64,000 nucleotides of DNA from assembly GCA_977017575.1 (NCBI GenBank), contig CDRNVI010000087.1, forward strand, positions 124,001-188,000, in the 5' to 3' direction. Positions 1 to 10,179 of this stretch are shown piece after piece. The number at the start of each line of letters is the position of its first letter. Position 1 is the stretch's first letter. The position numbers and the translations under genes were made by a program. The notes below the pieces were generated by a model. It saw nothing but the letters and a program-made list of their open reading frames with translations. It was not told where the DNA came from and made no database searches. This DNA is from Paramoeba atlantica (Eukaryota > Protista > Discosea).

Positions 1-1
1 T

Positions 2-1813
2 GCCCTCCTCGTCACGGAAGCGAAATTTTTGTCGTGATTCCACCGGTATCTTCACCTGCCAAAACCCGCACGCTAAATCCCGCTTAATAGCACATTGGTC
101 TCGAACCCGATGAAGGTAATATGCAGCATGGCAAACGGGAACCTCAGGCTTGTACTCTTCGCGAATTCTATTGTTATCGCCTCGGGTCCAGGCTATAAAG
201 CGACGTCGCTCCGAATCGTCGTCAGCTGGCTCCACCACCGTGAACGGAATCACCCACTCCATCGAAGGTCTGGCCTTTACTACCTCGGATCCAACCCGTG
301 AAATAACTCCTGTCTCTAACAAAGCGGATATATCAGCTGGGGGTAAAAAGGATTTGAATCGCTGCTCTATGGCCGGTGTAGACGGTAGCCGAACAAGTGT
401 ATCCCATGTTTCTGCGAATCGGCGTTCTGCTTCGCTGTTCATCATTCGTCTGAGAGTATTAACCTGCATGTCGGGTATTCCGGATTTCACGTGCAACGGA
501 AGATTATAATCGGATGGAAGAGCCACTTTCGATGTTCGTCGAGTACGAGTAATCGTGTGTTTAACTTTCTCCTGAGGAATATCGTCTAAAAACTTGATAA
601 AAAGATTGTCTTCCGTAATCAGATGGTCAACTTGCGCGTTGCTTTGTGCGTTCCCAGTGCCAGTGCAGTCGTCACTGGATCGGCATTGTACCGCAGAAGA
701 GATTCCAGGCTCTGATGTTTTGCAAGATGCTGGACCTCCTCCAAATTTAGATTGCCGTTTGCCACCTCCGCGAGAAGAAGAGTGATCGCCCCGCGCTTTG
801 CCGAATGTGACCCGAAACCCAATCCAAGAATTTTCCTTATCTCGACATCCACTTGTGAAGTTGTAGCCCATGACATCGGTTGGAGAGGCTTTAGTTGCGC
901 TACATACCTTGCGAGCTCCTCCGTGCCCGGTCCCTCGATGACGGTATACATGGATGGGCGATATGGGTTTAGGCGGGACGTCTTCGTATGCCTTCCCCAC
1001 CAAATTACAATTCTGTTGGACGCGAATTCGTAAAACCGTTCTCTGGTCAACGCTGCCGTTTCGGACAAACGGCTTGCCCCCTTCCAGCACAGCAGCAGCG
1101 TATGTTTTTCGCGGGATGCCATGTGGTTCCACAATTTCTGAATGTGCTGCTGCGTCAAGGGTTCCATTTGACGGCATGGTTCCGTCGCTCCTTCCGCCAT
1201 TAGAGATTTTACGTAGAATTTTAACGGGTTCGTATTTTCCCCTGCAAGGTTTACTATCGAGGCGAGGGTTCGGGCGTAAGTTAGTTTCGCCTGTATTCTT
1301 ATCTGCAAACTGGCAAGAAAAGTCACGGCGTGTAACGCCGTTATCCGTATCCCCCTTCCCGTGCAAAAGGCTGACAGGCGCTCCCATATTCGTGCCCGTG
1401 CCCGCCACGTCGAAACGCTCCACATTGCCCCCATTGCATCGAGAGCCATCCTTATTTCGGGACTCATTATTGTCACACCCAGCAATAACTTCATCAATTT
1501 CTGCCTTTCCGGCACCTTCTGCTCCAAACTTAGCGTCCCGCCGTATAAAGTCCCAGATCTGAGATATCTTCCTCTTGAGTTCTTTGCACTCACTACACCC
1601 ACGTGATTCTTCTCCATCCTTCGTTTCTTCGTCACTTGCATAAATTGTATCCTTTTTCTTTTGAAAACTGTTACTGTACTGTTCGCTTGCGTAAAAGGTT
1701 TGTGGTTTCGGTTGGTATTTATTGTAGTACTGGCCGTTCGGGTGGGAACGTTTCAGAAGTTCTTGCTGCCTTGTGCAGGGCCAGCCACCCTCGAACGAAA
1801 ACCCTGCTGAAAC
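2..1813 (-). CDS. RT of the YR retrotransposon (partial, continues past the window start; first ATG at 1387)
   Basis: My manual translation, absent from the ORF track because no stop lies inside the window. No stop from 1813 to 2. Reads ...LPLHVK...PFTVVEP...RRRFIAWTRGDN...VPVCH...RDLACGFWQVKIP...FRFRDEEG, i.e. RT motifs up to motif A (DL..GFWQ). Confidence 0.8.
619..1641 (-). CDS. Tyrosine recombinase of the YR retrotransposon
   Basis: 340 aa with ASRLSE (Arg), HTKT (Lys), HSAKRG (HxxR box), AKHQ (His) and LRY (Tyr). N-terminal STWRARARIW..L..FC segment typical of DIRS-type YRs. Confidence 0.92.
   Translation of the reverse strand: MQVTKKRRMEKNHVGVVSAKNSRGRYLRSGTLYGGTLSLEQKVPERQKLMKLLLGVTIMSPEIRMALDAMGAMWSVSTWRARARIWERLSAFCTGRGIRITALHAVTFLASLQIRIQAKLTYARTLASIVNLAGENTNPLKFYVKSLMAEGATEPCRQMEPLTQQHIQKLWNHMASREKHTLLLCWKGASRLSETAALTRERFYEFASNRIVIWWGRHTKTSRLNPYRPSMYTVIEGPGTEELARYVAQLKPLQPMSWATTSQVDVEIRKILGLGFGSHSAKRGAITLLLAEVANGNLNLEEVQHLAKHQSLESLLRYNADPVTTALALGTHKATRKLTI
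1753..1813 (-). pseudogene. gag piece 4 (C-terminus, FQQGFRSRVAGPAQGSKNF-stop)
   Basis: Joins piece 3 in frame across a GTTTC duplication (1809-1813 and 2803-2807). TGA at 1755-1753. Confidence 0.65.
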
Positions 1814-2802
1814 ATTTAATGTTTGGTTGTAATCCGATAGTGATCTTAGTAATGATAAAATCTTGTAATAATAACATCTTGTAATATGAGATGACCTGTT
1901 TTATTGCATTGTCTTTCGCAGTTGCGAAGCCAGGAGAGCTCCGTTCAATTCTTGAAGAAGCAACTTGAAGTCCTCAAGAATATGACGGCGTTCGAATCCG
2001 TTTGCATCCGCGAGGCTATGGAGGAAATTTATAGTGCTCTTGTTCATGGCACCACCTGTCAAAAGCGGTAGGCATACGAATTGCTCGCGCGGAATTAAAT
2101 TGGAGTCCACATATGTTGCGACTTTCTTTTTTTGAGCCTCTTGTAATAGGTGACTCGCTTTTTTTCCCAAGTGTGATTTCGCAAGTTCGTTGACTACTGT
2201 GAGATCGTAATAAACTTCGCCTGTCGCCCAGAACACGACTAAGTCAGGTCCACTGCGGTGAAATGAATGTGTGCCACATTTCCTCTGATGATGTAGTTTT
2301 TGGCCATCAGCCACCGTTTCTGCACACTTCACACAACGAAATGTCGAGAACTGCCGAGGCTCTCGCTCGCACGGGAGACCAGCTTTCAGGCACAGATCGT
2401 ATATGTGTCGAACTAAGGCATTGTGCCGTGTAGTAGCATTTGAGCCGAAACATTTCACACATCCCAGGAAGTGTGGTAACGCATTTTTCGCTTCGAGTAT
2501 CATTTTGCATCCGGGGCACAGTATTGTATTGGGCATCTCGCTGTGAGCCAACCCTAGACGAGCCATGATCATCAACGTGAACTGTGGGGATGGGATGTAT
2601 CTTGACTTCGCTTGGAGCCAATCATTATTGCCCTTTTCGCTGCAGACTTGCACAAGTGGTGAGAGGTCCTTGTCTTTCAACAACTCTTTGTGCGCGCGCT
2701 GGTTAGCCACGGCCTCCGTCACTTCTATAGATGCGCTTGCCTCACCAACCTTGCACACTTCCACACCCGTCACCCGAGCTGAATTGGTTTTCAGATGCTC
2801 TA
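1814..2802 (-). mobile_element. 5'-truncated CRE-like copy (family A: Zn + REL C-terminus + 3' UTR) inserted in gag
   Basis: CPGC...HFLGC, EREPR, RSGPDLVVFW, YYDLTVV motifs. Essentially identical to 3888-4876. Flanked by 5-bp GTTTC repeats. Confidence 0.88.
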
Positions 2803-2929
2803 GAAACCGTTTAGGACAATTTCTCCACATGTGATCAGGGGAACGACAACCATAACACAATAAAGGAGCTCGCTGTTGAGGCACAAAATTCTGGCGCGCA
2901 TTTCCTTGAAAACTTGCCTTTGAGTGGAA
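2803..2929 (-). pseudogene. gag piece 3 with CCHC zinc knuckle
   Basis: FHSKASFQGNARQNFVPQQRAPLLCYGCRSPDHMWRNCPKRF matches CX2CX4HX4C. Confidence 0.8.
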
Positions 2930-3000
2930 AAAAGGTACATCTGTGGACAGAAAAAGAATTGCTAATTTGATTGTTTGTTTTCAACTCGTATACCCCCCCC
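2930..3000 (+). repeat. Short copy of a recurrent retroelement 3'-end block (AATTGCTAATTTGATTG(T/C)TTGTTTT..TCGTATACCCCCC)
   Basis: Same block at about 16141-16215, 18860-18906, 27300-27365 and 28855-28902. Confidence 0.8.
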
Positions 3001-3105
3001 CAAGACCCCTGATCCGGAAAATCCCACTTGGCGGGCATACTGCTTCTGGCGATCAACTAATTGCTCACTGACAAGATGGTAGAACTTATCATTCGGACGG
3101 ACGTC
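3001..3105 (-). pseudogene. gag piece 2 (DVRPNDKFYHLVSEQLVDRQKQYARQVGFSGSGVL)
   Basis: Stop-free 35 codons that continue ...KLQKD of piece 1 across an AAAAAGA junction repeat. Confidence 0.6.
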
Positions 3106-3974
3106 TTTTTTTTTTTTTTTTTTTTTTTTTTTGCCGACAATTTTTTTTTTTTTTTTGCCGACAATTTTTTTTTTTTTTTTTTTTTAAACAAAAAGGGGGT
3201 ATTAAGCAATTTTTTTTTTTTTTATTCTGTAATACGATCTATAACTTTTCTCTCTCCGTATCCCCCTAACGGGGATTCTGACTTTCTTCACTCACTTTTC
3301 AAATCGCGAGGAATTGGGTGGCCCGAATGTCGCTGCTGGTTGTCATCCGTTGAAGTCGTGGCGCAGAAAACCTCACGAGCGAATTCACAAATGGTCCGAG
3401 CAGAAAGAAATTTTAGAGGCTCAAGAACTATCTGCAAATCCACTGCCGAGAGATGCGGTCCGGTACATCGAGAATACACCGATTTTCGTTTCCTGAGCAG
3501 AAAAGGATTTTTGGCGCTCGAAAGAAACGCAAACATGATGTTAACCCAACGTCCCATACGCAAACTCTGCGCAGCAGCTTTACGAATTGTACCTGTCGTC
3601 ACGCACGTCGACTTGTCCCTCGGCACTTCGACATCCGTTGAAATCATAGCGCAAAGAACCCCGCAAAGAATGATTTGGCACATGGTCAGCTCCGACTTTG
3701 TCGTTAAATGAAAAAAAGGAACAAAAACAAAGGTCTTAACAAAAGCCCGTGGAGCGCATATATTATATACGCGCCGATTACTATCAAATGTTCACATTCT
3801 AATAAACTTTTTTTTTTTTTTGATGTCCTCAAAAACTGGTTTGGCCAACTGACAGATACTCAAATTTCATGGATCCGTCTTCCAATCATTTAATGTTTGG
3901 TTGTAATCCGATAGTGATCTTAGTAATGATAAAATCTTGTAATAATAACATCTTGTAATATGAGATGACCTGTT

Positions 3975-5732
3975 TTATTGCATTGTCTTTCGCAGTTGCG
4001 AAGCCAGGAGAGCTCCGTTCAATTCTTGAAGAAGCAACTTGAAGTCCTCAAGAATATGACGGCGTTCGAATCCGTTTGCATCCGCGAGGCTATGGAGGAA
4101 ATTTATAGTGCTCTTGTTCATGGCACCACCTGTCAAAAGCGGTAGGCATACGAATTGCTCGCGCGGAATTAAATTGGAGTCCACATATGTTGCGACTTTC
4201 TTTTTTTGAGCCTCTTGTAATAGGTGACTCGCTTTTTTTCCCAAGTGTGATTTCGCAAGTTCGTTGACTACTGTGAGATCGTAATAAACTTCGCCTGTCG
4301 CCCAGAACACGACTAAGTCAGGTCCACTGCGGTGAAACGAATGTGTGCCACATTTCCTCTGATGATGTAGTTTTTGGCCATCAGCCACCGTTTCTGCACA
4401 CTTCACACAACGAAATGTCGAGAACTGCCGAGGCTCTCGCTCGCACGGGAGACCAGCTTTCAGGCACAGATCGTATATGTGTCGAACTAAGGCATTGTGC
4501 CGTGTAGTAGCATTTGAGCCGAAACATTTCACACATCCCAGGAAGTGTGGTAACGCATTTTTCGCTTCGAGTATCATTTTGCATCCGGGGCACAGTATTG
4601 TATTGGGCATCTCGCTGTGAGCCAACCCTAGACGAGCCATGATCATCAACGTGAACTGTGGGGATGGGATGTATCTTGACTTCGCTTGGAGCCAATCATT
4701 ATTGCCCTTTTCGCTGCAGACTTGCACAAGTGGTGAGAGGTCCTTGTCTTTCAACAACTCTTTGTGCGCGCGCTGGTTAGCCACGGCCTCCGTCACTTCT
4801 ATAGATGCGCTTGCCTCACCAACCTTGCACACTTCCACACCCGTCACCCGAGCTGAATTGGTTTTCAGATGCTCTAGAGAGACGCGTTTTGAAGCGTTGT
4901 AAGATGATGTCCGTATTTCGTTGGACGAAACAAGCCCTAGACCCCCCTGTTTCACCGGAAGGCGACACCATGATAAATGTTTTTCGGATAGCTTTCCAAG
5001 CCAAGTTTGCAGCACTGCTTCAACTTTCTCGTCAAATTGCTTACATAGCGCTTCTGTCGCGTCTGGCGTGTGCACACGAAGGTGGAATTTATGTCGTACA
5101 TTGATGCTTTTAGATAACAGTAAGAGTGATATATTGTTCAGCCCCATTGTTTCCAGCCTTCTGAAACACGTAGAATGTTTTTTGAGCTTGTCTTGTAATT
5201 GCAGGCTTACTGCGGAAGAATCGCCAATGTATGCCCCGAGCGTTTTGGCTGTTTTAGATGCAGTTATGACTCCTTCGGACTTCAGTTTGTCAGGCACCGG
5301 TATCATGTTTAGACCACCAAACCACACACACTTTTGTTTCGCCATTTTTACCTGCTTTTCAGTAAGTAGCGTGTGTAGTCTCTCGAAGGCCTTCACAATG
5401 GAATTCGTATTTTCTGAGGCCAACATGGTCCGAGCAGAAAGAGATTTTAAAGGCTCAAGAACTATTTGCGACACATCCGTTGCCGAGATATGCGAACCTG
5501 CCCACCGAGAATACACCAACGCATTCTGTTTCCTGAGCAGAAAAGGACTTTTGGCGCTCGAAAGAAACATAAACTTGATGTCATTCCAATGACCGATCCA
5601 CACAAATTGTGCAACAACTCCATGGATTTCGTCGAACAATTCCCACGTTGACGTGTCCGAAGGCACTCTACTTCCTCGAAATCCTCCACGCACTCCGATC
5701 GTCGCTTGCGGCGCCCCAGCGCCCAGGTACAT
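3975..5732 (-). CDS. Chimeric 585-aa ORF: ~110 aa unidentified + CRE RT thumb/Zn/REL, no RT catalytic core
   Basis: ATG 35 nt after the SL remnant. From IVKAFERL onward it matches CRE motifs (KCVWFGG, LPVKQGGLG, RSGPDL, YDLTVV). Confidence 0.7.
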   Translation of the reverse strand: MYLGAGAPQATIGVRGGFRGSRVPSDTSTWELFDEIHGVVAQFVWIGHWNDIKFMFLSSAKSPFLLRKQNALVYSRWAGSHISATDVSQIVLEPLKSLSARTMLASENTNSIVKAFERLHTLLTEKQVKMAKQKCVWFGGLNMIPVPDKLKSEGVITASKTAKTLGAYIGDSSAVSLQLQDKLKKHSTCFRRLETMGLNNISLLLLSKSINVRHKFHLRVHTPDATEALCKQFDEKVEAVLQTWLGKLSEKHLSWCRLPVKQGGLGLVSSNEIRTSSYNASKRVSLEHLKTNSARVTGVEVCKVGEASASIEVTEAVANQRAHKELLKDKDLSPLVQVCSEKGNNDWLQAKSRYIPSPQFTLMIMARLGLAHSEMPNTILCPGCKMILEAKNALPHFLGCVKCFGSNATTRHNALVRHIYDLCLKAGLPCEREPRQFSTFRCVKCAETVADGQKLHHQRKCGTHSFHRSGPDLVVFWATGEVYYDLTVVNELAKSHLGKKASHLLQEAQKKKVATYVDSNLIPREQFVCLPLLTGGAMNKSTINFLHSLADANGFERRHILEDFKLLLQELNGALLASQLRKTMQ

Positions 5733-5767
5733 AAAAGTGAAGGTTGTCAGAATAAGAAAAAGAAAAT

Positions 5768-5801
5768 CAACAAGGTACAGAAACTGTATCTTTATCGTTA
5801 A
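5768..5801 (-). other. Spliced-leader exon remnant, 34 nt (TTAACGATAAAGATACAGTTTCTGTACCTTGTTG)
   Basis: Identical to 33252-33285. Carries the ACAGTTTCTGTAC core of kinetoplastid/diplonemid SL exons (established knowledge). Not followed by a GT donor. Confidence 0.85.
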
Positions 5802-6634
5802 TCTTTTTGCAATTTTTGATGCACGAGATCCACGTCAATGCGCCGGGCTCGCCAATATGCATCGCGCATCGTCTGAATGATTGCTTTTCCCATTTCCAAG
5901 TAAACTCCCTGATCCCAACCTTGAGTCATCCGCGCAAAAAGAATCCACTTGCAAAAAACATTTTCAAAAAATCGTTCTTGTTGCTTCAGAAAAGTCCGGT
6001 CGGTGAAAAACTGGTTCACGCGAAGTCCAAATTCTGGTGCTTCTCGCAGTTCTCGCATCAAATCCCGTACGCGAAATCCCCCGTCATCAAAGGCGTTAAT
6101 CCATGGGGTGAACGTAATCGGCTCGTAAGGATCCAGGCCGTTAGGGTCCAAATTGGCACTCGGTCCGAAAGGAATTCCAGTTTCCACAGTATCAGCATTA
6201 ACAATAGCCTCGTTTGTCCCCCCACCATCCGGGAAATTCTGACTAGTACGTAATCCATTGGCGGCCGACCCTTGTTCTAGCCCCGTAGTCGCCGGAGGAT
6301 CATCTATGATCGAAATGTCATAATAGTACAAGTCGGCGTGCGGAAATGGATACTCTTTTGAGGGTTCATTATCCCAGACACCCCATAATTCAATCCCTTC
6401 TTTTCGAATCTTACCTTGCACAACTTGCATTGCCTCAGAAGAAGAGTCCTTGCGTCGAAATTTGGCCCTAACATTGACCGCCACCCTACTCAACAGTTTT
6501 TCTCGGGCAACAGTGCACACCAAACTCAGCTCCTGCTGCGACAACGGCTCGGTAGGCTCGGGCCGTTGAACTGCAGGAGACGAACTGCGCGATGACCGTA
6601 AATTTCGGGTAGAGTGAAGTTCGAGTTGTGTCAT
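5798..6634 (-). pseudogene. gag piece 1 (N-terminal ~278 aa); the stop is created by the SL insertion junction
   Basis: Long ORF upstream of the YR/RT on the same strand. It ends exactly at the SL junction and continues into pieces 2-4. Confidence 0.65.
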
Positions 6635-6945
6635 CGCAACTTTCCTTTTGCGAGTGGAAAAAGGTTATAAGTCACTAGAGTAAAATAATGTATAGTATAG
6701 TATGCTAAAAGTATAATTACATGGTTCCCCCCGGAGGGGGCAAAATCAGGTACATATATGTATATGTGCCCCGTAGGGCCACGGTCAAAGAATAAATATT
6801 TTCTTCAAGCAATTCTTTCCGTAAACTCTAAATATTCGTATTGTTGTTGTTGGATATTCATATTATTTTCATTAATTATGTGTGGCATGCGCATGCAAAA
6901 AGATCATGTGCTCGTTGAAAGCAGGACGAGACACTCTTCATTTCC

Positions 6946-9900
6946 ATGAAAAAAACGAACCAACGTGATCAGCTTCTCTCTCAGTTGGGGTCTCCATCAA
7001 GTCCCAAAATCGATGCGGAATTACCCGAGCGGGAGCCAAATGCAACGAAGTCACAGAACGAGAAAAATTCAGCGATCATGTTTATCGGAATCGACCCAAG
7101 CACAGAGGAGAATAAATCCTTTGACCTGATGAAGAATGTAACGCCCGAGTCTCAATTTCCGGCCTCGCCGGATGAGATTTGGACGCATTCGAAGCAAATC
7201 AAACCGGGCGCAATGTGTACAGTGGCCTGGACATTTAACAAACAAGGTGCGCTTAACATCTCAATAGGCAAAGTCACTCGAACACATAGTAAGCGTGGAG
7301 GATTTGGTAAGTTATCTATCTCGTATCGGGGCGTTGTTGGTCACAAAGTTGGGGAACAATTTTCCGGGGTTTTACCTCCACAAGAGGACGTACGGATCTA
7401 TAAACTAGCGTGGCATCAAGCGCCGCCAGCGATCGATACTACTGTGCAAAGGGATGCGTTTCTGGAGAATCATCAGATGAACTTTCCAGAAAAAGCCAAA
7501 GATGATTCATCAGTGGATTTGTTACCAATACCCACGCTACGTTCAATAAGCCCTGACCTCGCTCCGTGTGTTGTCGTGGTGCTGAGGAACATCGTCCAGG
7601 AGTATATAAATTCCGATCACACGCAAAGAACAAAAATATGGCACCGTTTGCTATCAGCCATTAAGTTATCCCTAGCGACTGTTCGAGAAAACAGTGGAAA
7701 AAGGCGAAGACGGCGCCCGTTACGGGAGCCCGATGACGGTGAACGAAAAGAGGAGACGCTGAGCGATACACGAGCCATCAAACGAGCGACAAGGCTAGTA
7801 TTGGATGGATGTACTTCCAAGGCGGCCAAGGTCTTGGATCAGACCTTTACACCAAAGCAACTAACGGATGAAGAGACCCTTGACAAGCTTGCCGCATTAC
7901 ATCCGCAAAGACAATACGAAGTTTCTTTGCCGGAGGATGCGCCGATAATTAGCGGGATAATGACGGAGGAGCTACGGAAAGCTGGGAAGCGACTCGCAAA
8001 AGGCGTAAACCCTGGCCCAACTGGAATGACAGACGGGATTTTGCAACTCATGCTCGATGATGAGATCTCATGCACTAATCTTGCCCATATGATATCGGAT
8101 CTAATCAACGGATTCGTGGATCACAGCGTTTTGTTTCGATTAAACCGAGCACGGCTCGTAGCCATTCCTAAATCCAACGGAGGAGTCAGACCAGTGGCAA
8201 TGGGCGAGATATTTATGAAGCTTGCCGGCGTTATATTGCTCCAGCGCTACGAACACACTTTGGGCCCTCTTTTTGCACCACTGCAACACGGCGTTTCGTC
8301 AAAGGCAGGATGCGAAAAAATCGTTCATAGACTGCATGAGCGTCTTAAGTCTGGACACGTCATTCTTTCCATTGACGCCAAAAACGCCTTCAACTCCCCG
8401 AATAGGGCGGATATTGCCAAACACGTATTTGCTTGTGGTACACTACGCCCGTTTCAACGGATCTTTCACGCTGAATACGGCCAACCCTCAGAGCTACTGT
8501 ATTACGGATACGATGGAACGCTATTCGGAGTCATTCCCAGCACATGTGGTTTGCGGCAAGGTTCCCCGCTGGCATCTCTATACTACTGCGCTTTCCTGCA
8601 GCCACTATTGGAGATTCTGAAACAAGAGTTTCCCGACATCGAAATATATGCGTTTATTGATGACGTGAACATGGCTTCGAAAAACTCACAATCATTGGCC
8701 AAAGCATTTGTAAGGCTCCAAGAAATGGTGAATGCTCACAACATTGAACTTGCTCCTGGAAAATGCGTGTGGTTCGGTGGACAGGAAAAAATCCCGATTC
8801 CAGAACAGCTTGCAAATGAAGGGGTCAAGGCTGCATACGATTCTATAAAGATCCTTGGGGCACACCTTGGAGAAGATGAATCTGTAAAGTCGGGTTTGTT
8901 TCAGCAGCTTGTCAGGAATACCGAAGCCTTTCGCCGATTAAAACTTATGGGCGCCAACAATGTCTCACTTTTGCTACTTTCCAAAAGCATGAATGTGAGG
9001 CATCAATACACCATAAGAGTGCACGAGCCAACGTTAACCGACGCGGTCTCTCTCAGTTTCGACAACAACGTCGAAAAAGTGCTGCACCAGTGGTTGGGAG
9101 AAATGACCAAAGAGCAAATCGAATTGGCTCGGCTGCCGCTAAAGAAAGGAGGCCTTGGTCTGACATCATGTCATAGTATTCGTGCGGCGTCATACGAAAC
9201 TTCTCGTTACCTAGCTCTAGAGCGCAAAAACTCAATTTCTGCTCGGGCGGGCAATGTGAGTAACGTATCCGCTATCATGGATAATGGAATGAGTCAAACA
9301 GCAGTGGTCGCCCCAATTGATGAAGTAACAACAGCCGCGCAATTGCACCAGAAAGCATACGAGGCTTTAAAGGATCACGATCCCAGGCTAGCCACAATAT
9401 TAAATGCTACCACACGGAAAGGAAGCTATGACTGGTTACAGTCTAATGCTAAATTTGTACCCACGCGTGCATTTCAGATTGCAATCATGACACGCCTTGG
9501 GATGCCTCATCCTCGACTCCCGAAATCGCTGCTGTGCCCCGGCTGTCGTATGTTACTCGACAACAAAACAGCTTTGCAGCACATCCCCGGATGCGTCCAA
9601 TGTACAGGGCTTAATGCCACAGTGAAGCACAATCGGCTGGTTAAGTATATCTTCGAGTTGGCGCAAAAGGCCGGTATACAATGCGAGAAAGAACCGCGAT
9701 CTTTTTCGACTTGGCAATGCGGAATTTGCAAGAATAAAGTGTTTCCAAGCAACAAAATGATTCATGACAAAACATGTGCCGGACGTCAGCTGTTTCGCTC
9801 AGGGCCGGATTTGGTGATATATTGGTCAACCGGGGAAATATTTTATGATCTAACTGTGGTGCACGAGCTATCGAACTCCAATCAAGCGAAATCTTGTTCC

Positions 9901-10179
9901 CAGCTTCTTACAGATGCAATCAAGCGGAAACGGGATACATATGTGACATCCGGAAAAATTCCCGACTTCGCATTTCAGTGCATCCCAGTGCTGTCCTGCG
10001 GCTCTCTTCATCAAAATACGAGATCTCTGTTGCATGTCCTATCCGACGCGGCACTCTTAAATCGTCGAGCAACTGAAATGGAGTTCAAGCTCCTACTTCA
10101 GGAACTGAATGGGACGGAAGTGTACGCCCAGTTGCGGAACCACTTATCCCCGCAAGGCAGCAGCAGGTACAGCATTTGA
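6946..10179 (+). CDS. CRE/SLACS-like RT-REL protein (family D), 1077 aa, uninterrupted
   Basis: GVRPVAMGE, SIDAKNAFNS, GLRQGSPLAS, YAFIDD, LPLKKGGLG, CPGC..HIPGC, RSGPDLVIYW..YDLTVVH. Confidence 0.92.
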   Translation: MKKTNQRDQLLSQLGSPSSPKIDAELPEREPNATKSQNEKNSAIMFIGIDPSTEENKSFDLMKNVTPESQFPASPDEIWTHSKQIKPGAMCTVAWTFNKQGALNISIGKVTRTHSKRGGFGKLSISYRGVVGHKVGEQFSGVLPPQEDVRIYKLAWHQAPPAIDTTVQRDAFLENHQMNFPEKAKDDSSVDLLPIPTLRSISPDLAPCVVVVLRNIVQEYINSDHTQRTKIWHRLLSAIKLSLATVRENSGKRRRRRPLREPDDGERKEETLSDTRAIKRATRLVLDGCTSKAAKVLDQTFTPKQLTDEETLDKLAALHPQRQYEVSLPEDAPIISGIMTEELRKAGKRLAKGVNPGPTGMTDGILQLMLDDEISCTNLAHMISDLINGFVDHSVLFRLNRARLVAIPKSNGGVRPVAMGEIFMKLAGVILLQRYEHTLGPLFAPLQHGVSSKAGCEKIVHRLHERLKSGHVILSIDAKNAFNSPNRADIAKHVFACGTLRPFQRIFHAEYGQPSELLYYGYDGTLFGVIPSTCGLRQGSPLASLYYCAFLQPLLEILKQEFPDIEIYAFIDDVNMASKNSQSLAKAFVRLQEMVNAHNIELAPGKCVWFGGQEKIPIPEQLANEGVKAAYDSIKILGAHLGEDESVKSGLFQQLVRNTEAFRRLKLMGANNVSLLLLSKSMNVRHQYTIRVHEPTLTDAVSLSFDNNVEKVLHQWLGEMTKEQIELARLPLKKGGLGLTSCHSIRAASYETSRYLALERKNSISARAGNVSNVSAIMDNGMSQTAVVAPIDEVTTAAQLHQKAYEALKDHDPRLATILNATTRKGSYDWLQSNAKFVPTRAFQIAIMTRLGMPHPRLPKSLLCPGCRMLLDNKTALQHIPGCVQCTGLNATVKHNRLVKYIFELAQKAGIQCEKEPRSFSTWQCGICKNKVFPSNKMIHDKTCAGRQLFRSGPDLVIYWSTGEIFYDLTVVHELSNSNQAKSCSQLLTDAIKRKRDTYVTSGKIPDFAFQCIPVLSCGSLHQNTRSLLHVLSDAALLNRRATEMEFKLLLQELNGTEVYAQLRNHLSPQGSSRYSI

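Larger units (their letters stand above)
3106..5801 (-). mobile_element. Composite retro-insertion: SL remnant + unidentified repeat + CRE family A 3' half + further 3'-end pieces + reiterated poly(A)
   Basis: SL-like sequence at the 5' end (5801-5768), poly(A)/TTGTCGGC reiterations at the 3' end (3106-3185), and gag sequence resumes on both sides. Confidence 0.65.
1..6700 (-). mobile_element. VIPER/TATE-like (DIRS order) YR retrotransposon, gag-YR-RT order, split by three nested insertions and running off the left edge
   Basis: Gag-like ORF pieces with a CCHC knuckle, a YR with R/K/HxxR/H/Y motifs and an RT with VIPER/TATE-type motifs, all on the minus strand in this order. The 5' limit near 6700 is approximate. 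Confidence 0.8.

Noticed and set aside
1901-2884. Zinc knuckle-REL fusion as a novel gene
   Set aside because: Explained as a truncated CRE inserted in frame into gag with a GTTTC duplication.
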